From the NCBI GenBank assembly GCA_021816455.1, contig JAKAXU010000001.1:141518-205517 (forward strand): DNA of 64,000 bases, in the 5' to 3' direction. Source of the DNA: Acidobacteriota bacterium (GTDB lineage: Bacteria; Acidobacteriota; Terriglobia; Terriglobales; Acidobacteriaceae). Below are positions 45,985 to 56,627 of the stretch, one piece after another. The notes under the pieces were generated by a model, which was given only the letters and a program-made list of their open reading frames with translations, ran no database searches and was not told the origin of the DNA. The number at the start of each line of letters is the position of its first letter. Positions within the stretch are counted from its first letter, which is position 1. The position numbers were made by a program, and so were the translations under genes.

Positions 45985-48453
45985 TCACATAAGGCGCTGC
46001 GGATCCACATCGATAATCATATTTCTGCGCGGAATCCCCATGCCGTCGAGGTCGCGGACAAGCGAACGCAGCAGCGTGTTCAGCGCGCTTCGTCGTGACG
46101 CCTTCACCACTAAATGAAAGCGCCAGGTGTCTTTCACCCGTGCAATGGGAGCCGGACACGGACCGAGGATGCGCACACCCTCCACCGTCTCCGTTCGGAG
46201 CCGCGCCGCAACTCGTTCCGCCCACTGTGATGCCTCATCGACGCTGCGCGATTTGAAAAGCAGATTGGCAAGAAATCCAAAAGGTGGATAGTGCATCCAG
46301 CGACGGTACTGTAGTTCGCGTTCTGCAAAACGAGCGTAATCGTGCCCGGCGGCGCAGAGTATCGAGTAGTGGTCCGGATACCAGGTCTGCACGACAACTC
46401 GACCGGGCAGCGAACCTCTGCCAGCGCGGCCTGAAACCTGCGTGATGAGCTGGAAGACGCGCTCTGCCGCGCGAAAATCCGGCATGGCGAGTGCATAATC
46501 GCAGCCAACGACGCCCACCGTCGTCACACCGTGAATGTCGTGCCCTTTGGCAATCATCTGCGTGCCCACCAGCAGGTTAATCTCTCCTGAATGCAGGCGA
46601 CGGAGCAGCGATTCCATATCCATGCGTCCACGCACAGTGTCGCGATCCATGCGACCGATGCGCGCACCCGGAAATATCTCCAGCAGCCGCTCTTCAGCCT
46701 GTTGTGAACCGGCACCGAGGTAATACAGATGCTCGCTGTCGCACTTCGGGCATCGCGCAGGAACAGCACGGCGATAGCCGCAGTAATGGCACTCCAGGCG
46801 TTGCCCGACAGGTGCTGGCGATTCGGAAGCCGAAACGGGTTTGTGATACGTAAGCGCGATAGCGCAGTTCACACACTCCAGCTTTTCTCCGCAACTGCGG
46901 CAGAGAATCGCAAAGGAATAGCCACGCCGATTCAGCAGCAGAATCGCCTGCTCGCCGCGCTCCAGCGTCTGGTGAATCTCCTCGGTCAGCAATCGGGAGA
47001 AAAGCTGATCCCGGCCCGTCTGCCGATATTCCTCGCGCATATCCACCAGCTGCACCTCGGGCAGCGGACGATCCTGGATACGCGCCTCCATGCGGACAAG
47101 CTGATATTTTCCCGAAGCCGCATTCTGCCAGCTCTCCAGCGATGGCGTCGCCGAGCCGAGCACGATGGGAATGCCGTGCAGATGCGCCAGCATCACGGCA
47201 ACATCGCGTGCGTGATAGCGCGGCGCTTCTTCCTGCTTATAGCTTGCATCGTGCTCTTCATCGACCAGGATGAGACCGAGCCGTGGCACAGGCGCGAATA
47301 TAGCGGAGCGTGTGCCGACGACAATCGGAGCTTCTCCGCGACGGATGCGATGCCACTGCTCCGCTCGCTCCTGCGGCGTCAGCGCGGAGTGCAGCAGGGC
47401 CACGCGAGCGCCAAACGCCGCGTCCAGTTGCGCCGTGATGGCAGGCGTGAGTCCGATCTCTGGCACCAGCAGCAGCGCGCTTTGTCCGCGATCCAACACC
47501 TGCTGCATCGCAGCCAGATACACCGCAGTCTTGCCAGATCCAGTCACTCCGTGCAGCAGAATCGATTGAAAGCGTCCCAGCGCTGCCGTGATGACGTCCA
47601 GCGCTGCAGCCTGCGAGGAATTCAAGCTGTGGAGCGTCGAGGTGGAAGGCAGCGTAGTCAGGCGAAATGACTGCGGACGTTCCTCGATGCGCACCAGGCC
47701 GCGCCGCACCAATGTTTGCAAAGTGCTCTGCGATGGAAGTCGACGATAAAGATCGCGCAGAAGCTCTTCCCCGCCCGCTGCCGCCAACTCCGCCATCAGA
47801 AGCTGCTGACGGTCCGTCAGCGCAGGCAACCGCGCATCGGGAATGAGCACAGCAAATCGCTCCAGCCGACGCGCATCGCGCTCTTCGGCGCTGCTTTCGC
47901 GTGCAATCCACTTGCGCCGCACCATCGCGTTGATCTGCAGCACCGTCGCCGAAGTTGCAGTCCTTACCGTAGAAAGGCGCACCGCTTCACCTTCTGCAAG
48001 GTGCGAGAGAACACGAAATTCAATCGAATCCGGAGTCAGCGTTTTCCGGCGAGAGCTTTCACGCGTCGCGCCTCCATCGAAGCTCTGGGCCAGCAGGTCG
48101 AGGCCCACCGGTGTGATGCGCAGCGCAACCTGCCGACGCGTCTCCGCCGTCAGAGGAAGCATCGAGCGCAACACCTCGCCAAGCGGAGCCAAATAGTAGT
48201 CGGCGATCCAGCGCGCGAGATCAAGCAGGGAAAGGGGCAGCAGCGGTTCTGCATCCAGAATCGAACTGACCGAGCGTACCTCCACTCCCTCCGGTTCTTC
48301 GTCGTGCAGCGCCGTGATCACCCCAATCAACTGCTCCCGGCGAAATGGCGCGATCACACGCGCCCCTGGCTCCGCAGACACTCCTTCAGGCAGACGATAG
48401 GTGAAGGTCTGATCGAGCGGCACAGGAAGCGCAACTTCGCAGCAGCGGGGCAT
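45985..48453 (-). CDS. priA: Primosomal protein N'
   Basis: GVTGSGKT, DEEH, SATPS, four CxxC pairs, GTQMIAKG, GRAGR. Confidence 0.97.
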   Translation of the reverse strand: MPRCCEVALPVPLDQTFTYRLPEGVSAEPGARVIAPFRREQLIGVITALHDEEPEGVEVRSVSSILDAEPLLPLSLLDLARWIADYYLAPLGEVLRSMLPLTAETRRQVALRITPVGLDLLAQSFDGGATRESSRRKTLTPDSIEFRVLSHLAEGEAVRLSTVRTATSATVLQINAMVRRKWIARESSAEERDARRLERFAVLIPDARLPALTDRQQLLMAELAAAGGEELLRDLYRRLPSQSTLQTLVRRGLVRIEERPQSFRLTTLPSTSTLHSLNSSQAAALDVITAALGRFQSILLHGVTGSGKTAVYLAAMQQVLDRGQSALLLVPEIGLTPAITAQLDAAFGARVALLHSALTPQERAEQWHRIRRGEAPIVVGTRSAIFAPVPRLGLILVDEEHDASYKQEEAPRYHARDVAVMLAHLHGIPIVLGSATPSLESWQNAASGKYQLVRMEARIQDRPLPEVQLVDMREEYRQTGRDQLFSRLLTEEIHQTLERGEQAILLLNRRGYSFAILCRSCGEKLECVNCAIALTYHKPVSASESPAPVGQRLECHYCGYRRAVPARCPKCDSEHLYYLGAGSQQAEERLLEIFPGARIGRMDRDTVRGRMDMESLLRRLHSGEINLLVGTQMIAKGHDIHGVTTVGVVGCDYALAMPDFRAAERVFQLITQVSGRAGRGSLPGRVVVQTWYPDHYSILCAAGHDYARFAERELQYRRWMHYPPFGFLANLLFKSRSVDEASQWAERVAARLRTETVEGVRILGPCPAPIARVKDTWRFHLVVKASRRSALNTLLRSLVRDLDGMGIPRRNMIIDVDPQRLM

Positions 48454-48543
48454 CAGGACGGTCCACCTTCAGTCTACTGTGCAAGGCTTCGAGAATCGCT
48501 TCCTCCGCGCCATCACGCCAGCACTCTGGTCTACAATGCAGGT

Positions 48544-49326
48544 GTGATGAGCGCAACCAAAACTCCCACTCCCAAAAAGCCCAAAACCGCAGGCACGCAA
48601 AAGACGCAACCGCGCAAAGCCGGCGCGCAGAAACCACGAACGCTCTGCATCGACATCGGCGGAACGGGTTTGAAGATGATGATCCTCGACGCGAAGGGAC
48701 AGCCGGTCACCGAGCGGTTGCGCGAGCTGACGCCAGAGAAACCGACCCCTAAGACAGTGCTCGCTGTTCTCAGCAAAATGCGGAAGAAGATCGGCACCTT
48801 TGATCGCGTCTCCGTTGGTTTTCCCGGCGTCATCAAGCATGGCCATACGCTGGGAGCCTTCAATCTCGATCCCGGTTGGGCCGACTTCCCTCTGCAACAG
48901 ACATTACAAAAAAAGTGGAAGAAGCCGGTGCGTGTGGCCAACGACGCCGCCATTCAGGGCTTCGGCGCCATCCGCGGCAAGGGAGTGGAACTCTGCCTGA
49001 CACTCGGCACCGGACTCGGCTCCGCGCTCTTCGTCGATGGACACCTCTGTCCCGGCCTGGAGCTTGCGCATCATCCCTGGCAAAAGGACAAGACGTATGA
49101 GGATTTTCTCGGTAAACGCGGCCTGGAACAACTCGGCAAGAAAGCCTGGAACAAACGCGTTGCGAAGGCGATCGAACAGACTTCGGCGCTCTTCAACTGG
49201 GACTTTCTGCACATCGGCGGCGGCAACGCGAAACATCTGACGATCAAGCTGCCAGGAAACGCGCAGATCATTCCCAACGAAGACGGACTGCTCGGCGGCG
49301 TCGCACTCTGGCGCGATCAGAAGTAG
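48544..49326 (+). CDS. ROK-family kinase, polyphosphate glucokinase-like
   Basis: IDIGGT, NDA, LGTGLGSAL, ELAHHP; no CxC zinc motif; Lys/Pro-rich N-tail. Start GTG 48544 or ATG 48547. Confidence 0.85.
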   Translation: MMSATKTPTPKKPKTAGTQKTQPRKAGAQKPRTLCIDIGGTGLKMMILDAKGQPVTERLRELTPEKPTPKTVLAVLSKMRKKIGTFDRVSVGFPGVIKHGHTLGAFNLDPGWADFPLQQTLQKKWKKPVRVANDAAIQGFGAIRGKGVELCLTLGTGLGSALFVDGHLCPGLELAHHPWQKDKTYEDFLGKRGLEQLGKKAWNKRVAKAIEQTSALFNWDFLHIGGGNAKHLTIKLPGNAQIIPNEDGLLGGVALWRDQK

Positions 49327-49344
49327 TCTGCTGCGACGGCAAAA

Positions 49345-50181
49345 CTATCCCCGTTGCGGCGCTCGCAAGCCCAACTCCCGCATTGCAAGCTGCAAATCTT
49401 CCCACGCGAATTTCTTCTGGTTCGGATCGCGCAGCAGATATGCCGGATGATACGTCACGATGAGCTTCGCACCAAGAACACGGTGCACCGTACCGCGCCA
49501 GGCATTCAGCGGACGCTTCTGTCCGGTCAGCCAGGTAACCGCCGTCTGCCCCAGCGCGACCACAACTTCCGGTGCGACAATCTCAATCTGGCGCATCAGA
49601 AACGGCGAGCAGGTTGCTCCTTCGTCGGCCTCCGGCGTGCGGTTGCCCGGAGGCCGACACTTGACGACGTTTGCAATGTAGACCTGATCGCGACGCAGCC
49701 CCATCGCTCCAATCATGTTATTCAACAACTGGCCGCCGCGGCCCACAAACGGAATGCCCTGCGCATCCTCGTCCGCACCCGGTCCTTCGCCCACAAACAT
49801 CAGACGTGCAGCGGGATCGCCATCGCCGAAGACGAGCTTGTTGCGCCCCTCATGCAGCTTGCAGCGCTTGCAGTCGCCGATTTCAGCGCGAAGCTGTTCC
49901 AGTGCTGCCGGGCGATCGGACGGCGCAAGCACTGCGCGTGAAGACGAAAACAATACGGAAGAAGATTGGGGAGCGATAACGGCCTCCACGGAAGCAGCGC
50001 TTCCGCGCGATGGTTGGGTGGAAACTGCCGATTGTCCGCCAGATACAGCCTTCGGCGCTAGTGCTTCGCGAACGCCTTCTGGAACCTCGCGTCGATAGAA
50101 ATCCTCGATGCCGAGGTCACGATAGAAGCGCAGTCGCGTCTTGAGAGTGGCCGACAAATCGATCTGAGTGGAAGGGTCCAT
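49345..50181 (-). CDS. Family-4 (Fe-S) uracil-DNA glycosylase
   Basis: CKRC, GEGPG, NVVKCRPPGNR, HPAYLLR. Confidence 0.95.
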   Translation of the reverse strand: MDPSTQIDLSATLKTRLRFYRDLGIEDFYRREVPEGVREALAPKAVSGGQSAVSTQPSRGSAASVEAVIAPQSSSVLFSSSRAVLAPSDRPAALEQLRAEIGDCKRCKLHEGRNKLVFGDGDPAARLMFVGEGPGADEDAQGIPFVGRGGQLLNNMIGAMGLRRDQVYIANVVKCRPPGNRTPEADEGATCSPFLMRQIEIVAPEVVVALGQTAVTWLTGQKRPLNAWRGTVHRVLGAKLIVTYHPAYLLRDPNQKKFAWEDLQLAMRELGLRAPQRG

Positions 50182-50186
50182 GCGTG

Positions 50187-51467
50187 CTATTCGATGAGGA
50201 TTGTATTGCGCGGCTGCTCGGGCTGGCTTCGCAGCGACTCAAGTTCGGTCGAAGACAGCTCGACCAGCAGTGACTGCGGACGGCGCAGCGCAACAATCTC
50301 ATCCAGAATCCTGTCCGCAAGCTTGCGCTTGGGCATGAACGGAAGATCGATCGCCGTGTTCAGAGTGAGGAAGGTGGCCGCGTTGTTATCGGAGTCGAAT
50401 CCAATATCCTCACGACCCACGTCGTTCACCACAATCGCATCGGCTCCCTTGCGCAACAGCTTGGCGCGGCCCTGCACCACAGAATCCTCCGTCTCCGCTG
50501 CAAAGCCGACGATCAACTGTCCCGGAGTGCGACGACGCACCACTTCGGCAAGAATATCTTCCGTCGGAAGCAGCTCCAGCGTGACCGGTCCCTGGCGACG
50601 AATCTTCTGCTCGGCAACGACGACCGGGCGATAATCCGCCACTGCGGCGGATTTAATGACCACAGTTGCCTCCGGCTGCCGAGCGAGTACCGCCGCACGC
50701 ATCTCCTCCGCCGTGGTCACGCGCACCACTTCGCAATGGAAGGGCGGATGCAACGCCGACGGCCCGGTTATCAGAATGACGCGTGCACCGCGGCTTTGTG
50801 CTGCCTCGGCCAGCGCATAACCCATCTTGCCGCTGGAGCGATTGCCCAGAAACCGCACTGGGTCCAGCGCCTCTCTCGTACCAGCGGCCGTAATCAGCAC
50901 TACCTCTCCGGCCAGATCGTGGCTCCGTCCCAGCGAGTTCAACACTGCGTTGGCAATCTGCTCCGGCTCGGCCATCCGCCCCGGACCCACCATCCCGCAG
51001 GCAAGTTGTCCTGCATCCGGCTCAACAATACGGACTCCGCGCTGGCGTAGCGTGTCCACGTTGGCCTGCGTCGCGGCATGCTCCCACATGACGCTGTTCA
51101 TCGCCGGCGCCACCACTACCGGCGCGGGCGTGGCAAGATACATCGTGGTCAGAAAATCATCGGCGATTCCATGCGCGAAGCGTGCAAGAATATCTGCGGT
51201 TGCGGGAGCGACAACCAGCAGGTCCGCCCACTGAGCCTCTGCAATATGATCGATCGGAGCAGCGTCATCGACTTCGCCCGGCATCTCCCACAAACTCGTC
51301 ATCACGCGATGACCGCTGATCGCTGCGAATGTAAGCGGCTGGACAAAACGCGTCGCTGCCTGGGTCATGGTCACGCGCACTTCCAGCGCATGTCGCTGGA
51401 GTGAACGCACCAGTTCAACCGCCTTGTATGCGGCAACGCCCCCGGAAACACCAACCATCACCTTCAT
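50187..51467 (-). CDS. coaBC: Bifunctional PPC decarboxylase/synthetase
   Basis: GVSGGVAAYK, APAMN, LACG, DPVRFLGNRSSGKMG, AAVADY, GFAAET. Confidence 0.97.
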   Translation of the reverse strand: MKVMVGVSGGVAAYKAVELVRSLQRHALEVRVTMTQAATRFVQPLTFAAISGHRVMTSLWEMPGEVDDAAPIDHIAEAQWADLLVVAPATADILARFAHGIADDFLTTMYLATPAPVVVAPAMNSVMWEHAATQANVDTLRQRGVRIVEPDAGQLACGMVGPGRMAEPEQIANAVLNSLGRSHDLAGEVVLITAAGTREALDPVRFLGNRSSGKMGYALAEAAQSRGARVILITGPSALHPPFHCEVVRVTTAEEMRAAVLARQPEATVVIKSAAVADYRPVVVAEQKIRRQGPVTLELLPTEDILAEVVRRRTPGQLIVGFAAETEDSVVQGRAKLLRKGADAIVVNDVGREDIGFDSDNNAATFLTLNTAIDLPFMPKRKLADRILDEIVALRRPQSLLVELSSTELESLRSQPEQPRNTILIE

Positions 51468-51520
51468 ACAGTGATTGTAGCCCGACTTTGAGCCGAGCCG
51501 GAGGTCCATCCCGAATGCCA

Positions 51521-51775
51521 TCAGATCGCCAGAATCGGGATGCCGTTATCCTCCAGCTCCGGCTTCTCCGGTGGCGGGCCGGTGTGAACATAGGCGATCT
51601 TGCCGGCGCTGATCTCCTCCTGCGCCAGACGGCAGGCTTTGTTAGTTTTGCTTGCCACCAGCGGCTGAGCGCCGCTCTGCAACTGACGCGCGCGACGCGC
51701 CGCCACCATCACCTTGCGGTAGTTGGAATCAAAGTTCTTCTCAATCTCAGGGGTGCTGGAATTGTTCGGATGCAT
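51521..51775 (-). CDS. rpoZ: RNA polymerase omega subunit
   Basis: Y..VMVAARRARQL, A.EEI..GKI; between gmk and coaBC; SD GGAGG. Confidence 0.92.
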   Translation of the reverse strand: MHPNNSSTPEIEKNFDSNYRKVMVAARRARQLQSGAQPLVASKTNKACRLAQEEISAGKIAYVHTGPPPEKPELEDNGIPILAI

Positions 51776-52511
51776 CTGTCTCCTCCAGAAAAAGATTCCG
51801 CTGTTCGCCACTATGTGAACCGATGCCGAAGGCATCCAGCACCGGCTGAAGCCGTTCCTGCGCGTTCTTTTCCAGGCAGCTCTGGGCAATCTCAAAATCC
51901 CGGCGATGCTCCAGATCGATTGTTCCGCCAGACTGAAGTATACGCTCGACGACGACAATTGCCTCGAGTTGCGCGACTGCACGCTCCAGAACGTCGTTGA
52001 CCAGAACATATTTGTATTGCCGGGAGTTCTCAATCTCCTTGCCTGCTTCGCTCAGCCGACGAAAAAGCGTCTGCTCATCCACATGTCCCTCGGCACGGCT
52101 TCGATTGCGCAGGCGCGTTCGCAAAACCTTCGGGTTCGGCGGAGCAATAAAAATTGTGACCGCCTCGGGAAGTCGTTCCACCACCTGGCGCGCGCCCTGC
52201 ACATCGATATCGAGCAGCAGATCACGACCGGCCGCTCGTGCTTCCTCCAGCGAACGCCGAGCCGTTCCGTAGTAGTTTCCAAAGACCTCCGCATACTCCA
52301 GAAACTCTCCACGATCCCGCATCGCCTCAAAATTATCGCGCGAAGTGAAATGGTACTCCCGACCGTCTGCTTCGGAGCCGCGCGGCGGTCGCGTCGTCCA
52401 GGAAATTGAAAAATCCAACCCTCCCACCTGCGAACGCAGCGCGTTCACCAGCGTACTTTTACCCGAACCGGAGGGTGCAGAGATGATGAATAGAATTCCT
52501 GCCACGTACAT
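51747..52511 (-). CDS. gmk: Guanylate kinase
   Basis: APSGSGKS, SWTTRPPR, GNYYGT, LDIDVQGA. Confidence 0.96.
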   Translation of the reverse strand: MYVAGILFIISAPSGSGKSTLVNALRSQVGGLDFSISWTTRPPRGSEADGREYHFTSRDNFEAMRDRGEFLEYAEVFGNYYGTARRSLEEARAAGRDLLLDIDVQGARQVVERLPEAVTIFIAPPNPKVLRTRLRNRSRAEGHVDEQTLFRRLSEAGKEIENSRQYKYVLVNDVLERAVAQLEAIVVVERILQSGGTIDLEHRRDFEIAQSCLEKNAQERLQPVLDAFGIGSHSGEQRNLFLEETDASEQFQHP

Positions 52512-52573
52512 TTTCCTTCCAGGATGAACAAATCCAAATCGACCCAGACAGCATGAGAACAATCGGTAAATTT

Positions 52574-53605
52574 CTATTCGAGATTCTGAATCTGCTCGCG
52601 TGCCTTCTCAATACCCGACTTGAGGGCCAGACCAAGCTCGGTCACCTCGGTTCCCTTGCCTGCAACACCGGTAGTCTTCGACAGCAGTGTATTGGCCTCC
52701 CGGTTCAGCTCCTGCAGCAGAAAATCGAGCTTCTTGCCCACTTCCCCGCCAGCCAGCAGCAGGTCGCGAAAATGCCGGATATGCGTGCGGAGACGCTCCA
52801 GTTCTTCGGAAACATCGCTCCGGTCAGCCAGCAACGCAACCTCTTCCAGCAGGCGTTGACGATTCACTTCCCCGGCAATCAGCGATTCGATCTTCTGTTG
52901 CAACCGCTGCTCGTAACGCGCCGTAATCTCAGGCTGCAACCGCTCCAGCCTGCCCACAGTTGCCTCCATCTGCAGCATTGCCATCTGTAGCAGGCGAGCC
53001 AGCTCCGCGCCCTCACAGGCGCGCATCGCCTTCAGCGCAGGAATCAGTCGTCGCGTCTCCTCCAGAACAAACTCTGCCAGCGCTCGCTGATCTTCTTCGC
53101 CCACGACGCTTTCCTGTTGCAGAACGCCAGGCAGGCGAAGCAGGACGTTCAGGTCTGGCTCCGTCTCCAGCCCATACTCGCGCGAGGCACTGCGAAAGGC
53201 CTCCACACAGGCGGCAAGCGCAGGGCGATTGATCGTTAGACCACTCTGTGCGCTTCGATCCAGCGAGAGGCTGAACTCCACGTGCCCGCGTGCAAACTCT
53301 TCCTTCAGGATACGTCGCAGCTCCATCTCCAGCGCGTCATATCCTGCCGGAAGACGCAATTGAAGATCCAGAAATCGGTGATTGACGCTCTTCAGCGCCA
53401 GCAGCACACGCACCTCTCCCACATGCGGAAGGTGAATCGAAGTCGCCGACCCGGCATAACCGGTCATCGAGTACACGACCGAACCGTCCGCAGCTTCAGC
53501 CTGTCTCTCAGCGGAAGCCGCACGCATCCTCGGTGCTTCAGCATCAGTAACCGCAACAGATGGGTTCATAGCTCTTCTCGTTTCGACAATCCCATTTCTC
53601 TTCAT
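52574..53605 (-). CDS. YicC/YloC-family endoribonuclease
   Basis: SMTGY, SVNHRFLD, GKKLDFLLQELNREANT, REQIQNLE. Confidence 0.95.
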   Translation of the reverse strand: MKRNGIVETRRAMNPSVAVTDAEAPRMRAASAERQAEAADGSVVYSMTGYAGSATSIHLPHVGEVRVLLALKSVNHRFLDLQLRLPAGYDALEMELRRILKEEFARGHVEFSLSLDRSAQSGLTINRPALAACVEAFRSASREYGLETEPDLNVLLRLPGVLQQESVVGEEDQRALAEFVLEETRRLIPALKAMRACEGAELARLLQMAMLQMEATVGRLERLQPEITARYEQRLQQKIESLIAGEVNRQRLLEEVALLADRSDVSEELERLRTHIRHFRDLLLAGGEVGKKLDFLLQELNREANTLLSKTTGVAGKGTEVTELGLALKSGIEKAREQIQNLE

Positions 53606-55452
53606 TCCCTCCCGGCAGCCAACGCCGGCTCCGACGGACTAAGAAACTGAAGCTGACTCAGCCGCTGATACGTCGGAGATATCCGCAGCAACTCTTCATG
53701 TGGCGCGATCGCCGAGATTCGCCCATCTTCGATCACCGCAATCCGATCTGCCTGTCGCACCGTGGAGAGCCGATGCGCAATCACGATCACCGTCCGTCCC
53801 CGCATCAGATTCGCCAGCGCCACCTGCACCAGCGATTCGCTCTCCGCGTCCAGTGCAGACGTCGCTTCATCCAGAATCAGCAGCGGCGCATTTTTCAGGA
53901 TGGCGCGTGCAATCGCAATCCGCTGACGCTCGCCTCCCGAAAGTCGAAAGCCTTTTTCTCCGATCACCGTCTCATAACCCTGCGGCATACGCAGAATGAA
54001 TTCGTGCGCCAGTGCATTGCGCGCCGCCTCTTCGACCAGCCGCTGCGCGGTCTCCGGCTGCCCATAGGCGATATTGTTCCGCACCGTGTCATTGAACAAC
54101 ACCGTCTCCTGCGTCACTTGAGCAATCTGCTTTCGCAGCGAATCCAGAGTCAGGTCGCGCACATCTCTGCCGTCAATCAGCAGCCGTCCCTCGGAAACAT
54201 CGTAAAAGCGCGGCAGAAGATTGACGAGCGTAGACTTGCCGGCTCCACTCGGGCCGACCAGCGCCAGCTTCTCTCCGCGATGAACACTCAGGTTGATGTC
54301 GTGAAGGATGGGATGCTCGCCATCGGCGCTGCTGTAACGAAAGCCCACATGGTCGAAGTCAATTCGGTCGTGAAAGCCCTTCAATACGTGCGCACGAGGA
54401 CGTTCCGGCACATCGTTTTCCACATCGAAAAACTGGAAGATCGAAGCCGATGCTCCCACCGCCTGCTGAAAACTGTTGTAGAAAAAAGCGAACTTGCGCA
54501 CTGGGTCGTAGAGCTTGAAGAGCGCGATGATGAAGACCACAAAGGTCTGCATCTCCATACGTCCTGCCCTGATCTCGTTGCGGCCGATCAACAGCAGCAG
54601 CGCAATCGCCAGCGAACCAATCACGTCCATCAGCGGAGAGCTGATCGACTGCACGCGAACCGAGTGAAGATTCGCGCGGAAAAGCCGACGGGCCGCTTTC
54701 TTGAAGCGCACAATCTCCCAGAGCTCCATTGAAAAAGCCTTCACAATGCGATTGCCCGTGATCGTCTCATGCAAAATATTCTGGATTTCAGCCACACGAT
54801 CCTGTCCAGTTCGCGTGCGCACGCGAACCGACCGGCCGATCTTCCGCGCCGACGTAATGACGACTGGAACAAAGATCAGCAGCGCCCAGCTCAGCCGACC
54901 ACCCAGAGCGATCACCGCGGCAATGGTGAAGAAAAAAGTAAAAATCTGTTGGAGAAAATCCCCCAGCACCGCGCTAACCGCAGTCTGGACGCGCTCAACA
55001 TCGTTGATCAGCGTGGAAAGAATCGTTCCGGTCGGATGTCGATGATAGAAGCTCGCTGAACTGCGAAGAATCGTTTCATACAGATCGTTGCGCAGATCGG
55101 TAATCATCCCGTAGCCGGCATAATTCACCAGATACGTGCCCGTGTAATCGCAGATACCTTTGAGTACGGTCGAGCCGATCAACGCCGCAGCCACCACCGC
55201 CCAGGCGTTGTGCAGATGAACGCCGCGCGGCACCCATTGCAGCAGATTCATCTGCCATCCACCATGCAGATTCGGCAGCAGAGAAATGTTGTTGCTCGGC
55301 GCCTCTGGATTGAGCACCGTCTTCAGCACCGGCCCAAGAATCAGCAGACGCAGCGCCTCCAGCATGCCCACCGCGGCCAGCAGAATCACTCCCAAAAGCG
55401 CCTGAGCGGTATAGGGCAGAACGTAACGCAACAAGCGCAGATAACGCGTCAA
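53602..55452 (-). CDS. MsbA-like ABC exporter
   Basis: TMD plus GPSGAGKS, LSGGERQR, ILDEATS; TTG start with SD GGAGG. Confidence 0.9.
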   Translation of the reverse strand: MTRYLRLLRYVLPYTAQALLGVILLAAVGMLEALRLLILGPVLKTVLNPEAPSNNISLLPNLHGGWQMNLLQWVPRGVHLHNAWAVVAAALIGSTVLKGICDYTGTYLVNYAGYGMITDLRNDLYETILRSSASFYHRHPTGTILSTLINDVERVQTAVSAVLGDFLQQIFTFFFTIAAVIALGGRLSWALLIFVPVVITSARKIGRSVRVRTRTGQDRVAEIQNILHETITGNRIVKAFSMELWEIVRFKKAARRLFRANLHSVRVQSISSPLMDVIGSLAIALLLLIGRNEIRAGRMEMQTFVVFIIALFKLYDPVRKFAFFYNSFQQAVGASASIFQFFDVENDVPERPRAHVLKGFHDRIDFDHVGFRYSSADGEHPILHDINLSVHRGEKLALVGPSGAGKSTLVNLLPRFYDVSEGRLLIDGRDVRDLTLDSLRKQIAQVTQETVLFNDTVRNNIAYGQPETAQRLVEEAARNALAHEFILRMPQGYETVIGEKGFRLSGGERQRIAIARAILKNAPLLILDEATSALDAESESLVQVALANLMRGRTVIVIAHRLSTVRQADRIAVIEDGRISAIAPHEELLRISPTYQRLSQLQFLSPSEPALAAGRE

Positions 55453-55571
55453 CTTTTCCCTCCATTGCCGCAGATACGCGTCTGCCAGGCGCTGCGGTCG
55501 TTGCCGGACTTATCTCCGTATTGTACTCGGGCGACAATTCCCCGCACGGTTCCCTGCCGTCCATCCGGCCG

Positions 55572-56531
55572 TCAATTACCTGCCGCCTGCCGGGGCATGT
55601 CGCGATGCAACGCCTTCGCACGGAATCCCTGCGCACCCAGCCGCTGCGCAAACTCCTCAGCCATCATCACCGATCGATGCTGTCCGCCCGTGCAGCCAAA
55701 TCCGATCGTCAGATAGCTCTTGCCTTCCCGAAGATAATGCGGCAGCAGAAAGTCCAGCAGCCCCATGGTCCGTTCCACAAACTCGCCCGACTGCGGAAAA
55801 CCGCGAATGTACTCGGCTACTGCGGGGTCCAGTCCGGTGTGCCATCGAAACTCTGGCACAAAGTGAGGATTGGGCAGAAAACGCACATCAAAGAGCAGGT
55901 CCGCATCCAGCGGCACGCCATTTTTGAATCCGAAGCTAAGACAGGTAACCAGCATCCGGCTCTGTTCCGATCCGTTTTCAGTCTGCGGACGGAAACGAGC
56001 CTGAATATACGCACGCAACTCATGCACGTTCAGCCCGGAGGTATCGACGATGCTGTCGGCCATATTCCGCACCGCATCCAACATCTGACGTTCATCCGTA
56101 ATCGAACCGGCCACCACCTGGGACCGGCTGATCTCCATAAAGCTGAGCGGATGCGGACGACGGGTCTCAGAATACCGACGGATCAGAGCAGCATCCGATG
56201 CGTCCAGAAACAGAACCGTGGTCCGAAGCTTCTGGCGCACCTGGTGCAGGATCGACGGCAGTTTGTCCAACGCCGCTCCCTCGCGCACATCGATGACCAG
56301 CGCCGCACGCCGCATCTCCGGCGATTCGCGAACCAGATCCGCAAACGCCGGCAGCAGTTCCAGCGGCAGGTTCTCCACTGAGTAATAACCCATATCCTCA
56401 AACGCCTTCAGCGCCGACGCCTTGCCTGCCCCGGAAATCCCTGTCACCACCACCAGCAATTTCTCATTGACTTCGCGCACCTGCGCGTCTTCAGCAGGCA
56501 AATCTGCGCCTTCGGAGGAGTGGTGGCCCAT
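55572..56531 (-). CDS. rapZ: RNase adapter RapZ (YhbJ/YvcJ)
   Basis: GISGAGK, ETRRPHPL, SFGFK.G.P, DVRFLPNP, GCTGGQHRSV. Confidence 0.95.
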   Translation of the reverse strand: MGHHSSEGADLPAEDAQVREVNEKLLVVVTGISGAGKASALKAFEDMGYYSVENLPLELLPAFADLVRESPEMRRAALVIDVREGAALDKLPSILHQVRQKLRTTVLFLDASDAALIRRYSETRRPHPLSFMEISRSQVVAGSITDERQMLDAVRNMADSIVDTSGLNVHELRAYIQARFRPQTENGSEQSRMLVTCLSFGFKNGVPLDADLLFDVRFLPNPHFVPEFRWHTGLDPAVAEYIRGFPQSGEFVERTMGLLDFLLPHYLREGKSYLTIGFGCTGGQHRSVMMAEEFAQRLGAQGFRAKALHRDMPRQAAGN

Positions 56532-56627
56532 GAAAATATCGTACATGGATGCGAGGATGGGATGGGAAAACGATGCGGAGAAAATTCACCTTTACGCCCA
56601 AACAAGCTCTGTGCGGTCGTTCTGCGC

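Noticed and set aside
47716-48543. Long N-terminal extension of the ROK kinase ORF in the track
   Set aside because: Antisense to priA; a -10 box and start codon at 48532-48549 define the real start.
45985-53605. yicC-gmk-rpoZ-coaBC-udg-priA cluster as a novel system
   Set aside because: Well-known conserved gene order; only the ROK and udg genes interrupt it.
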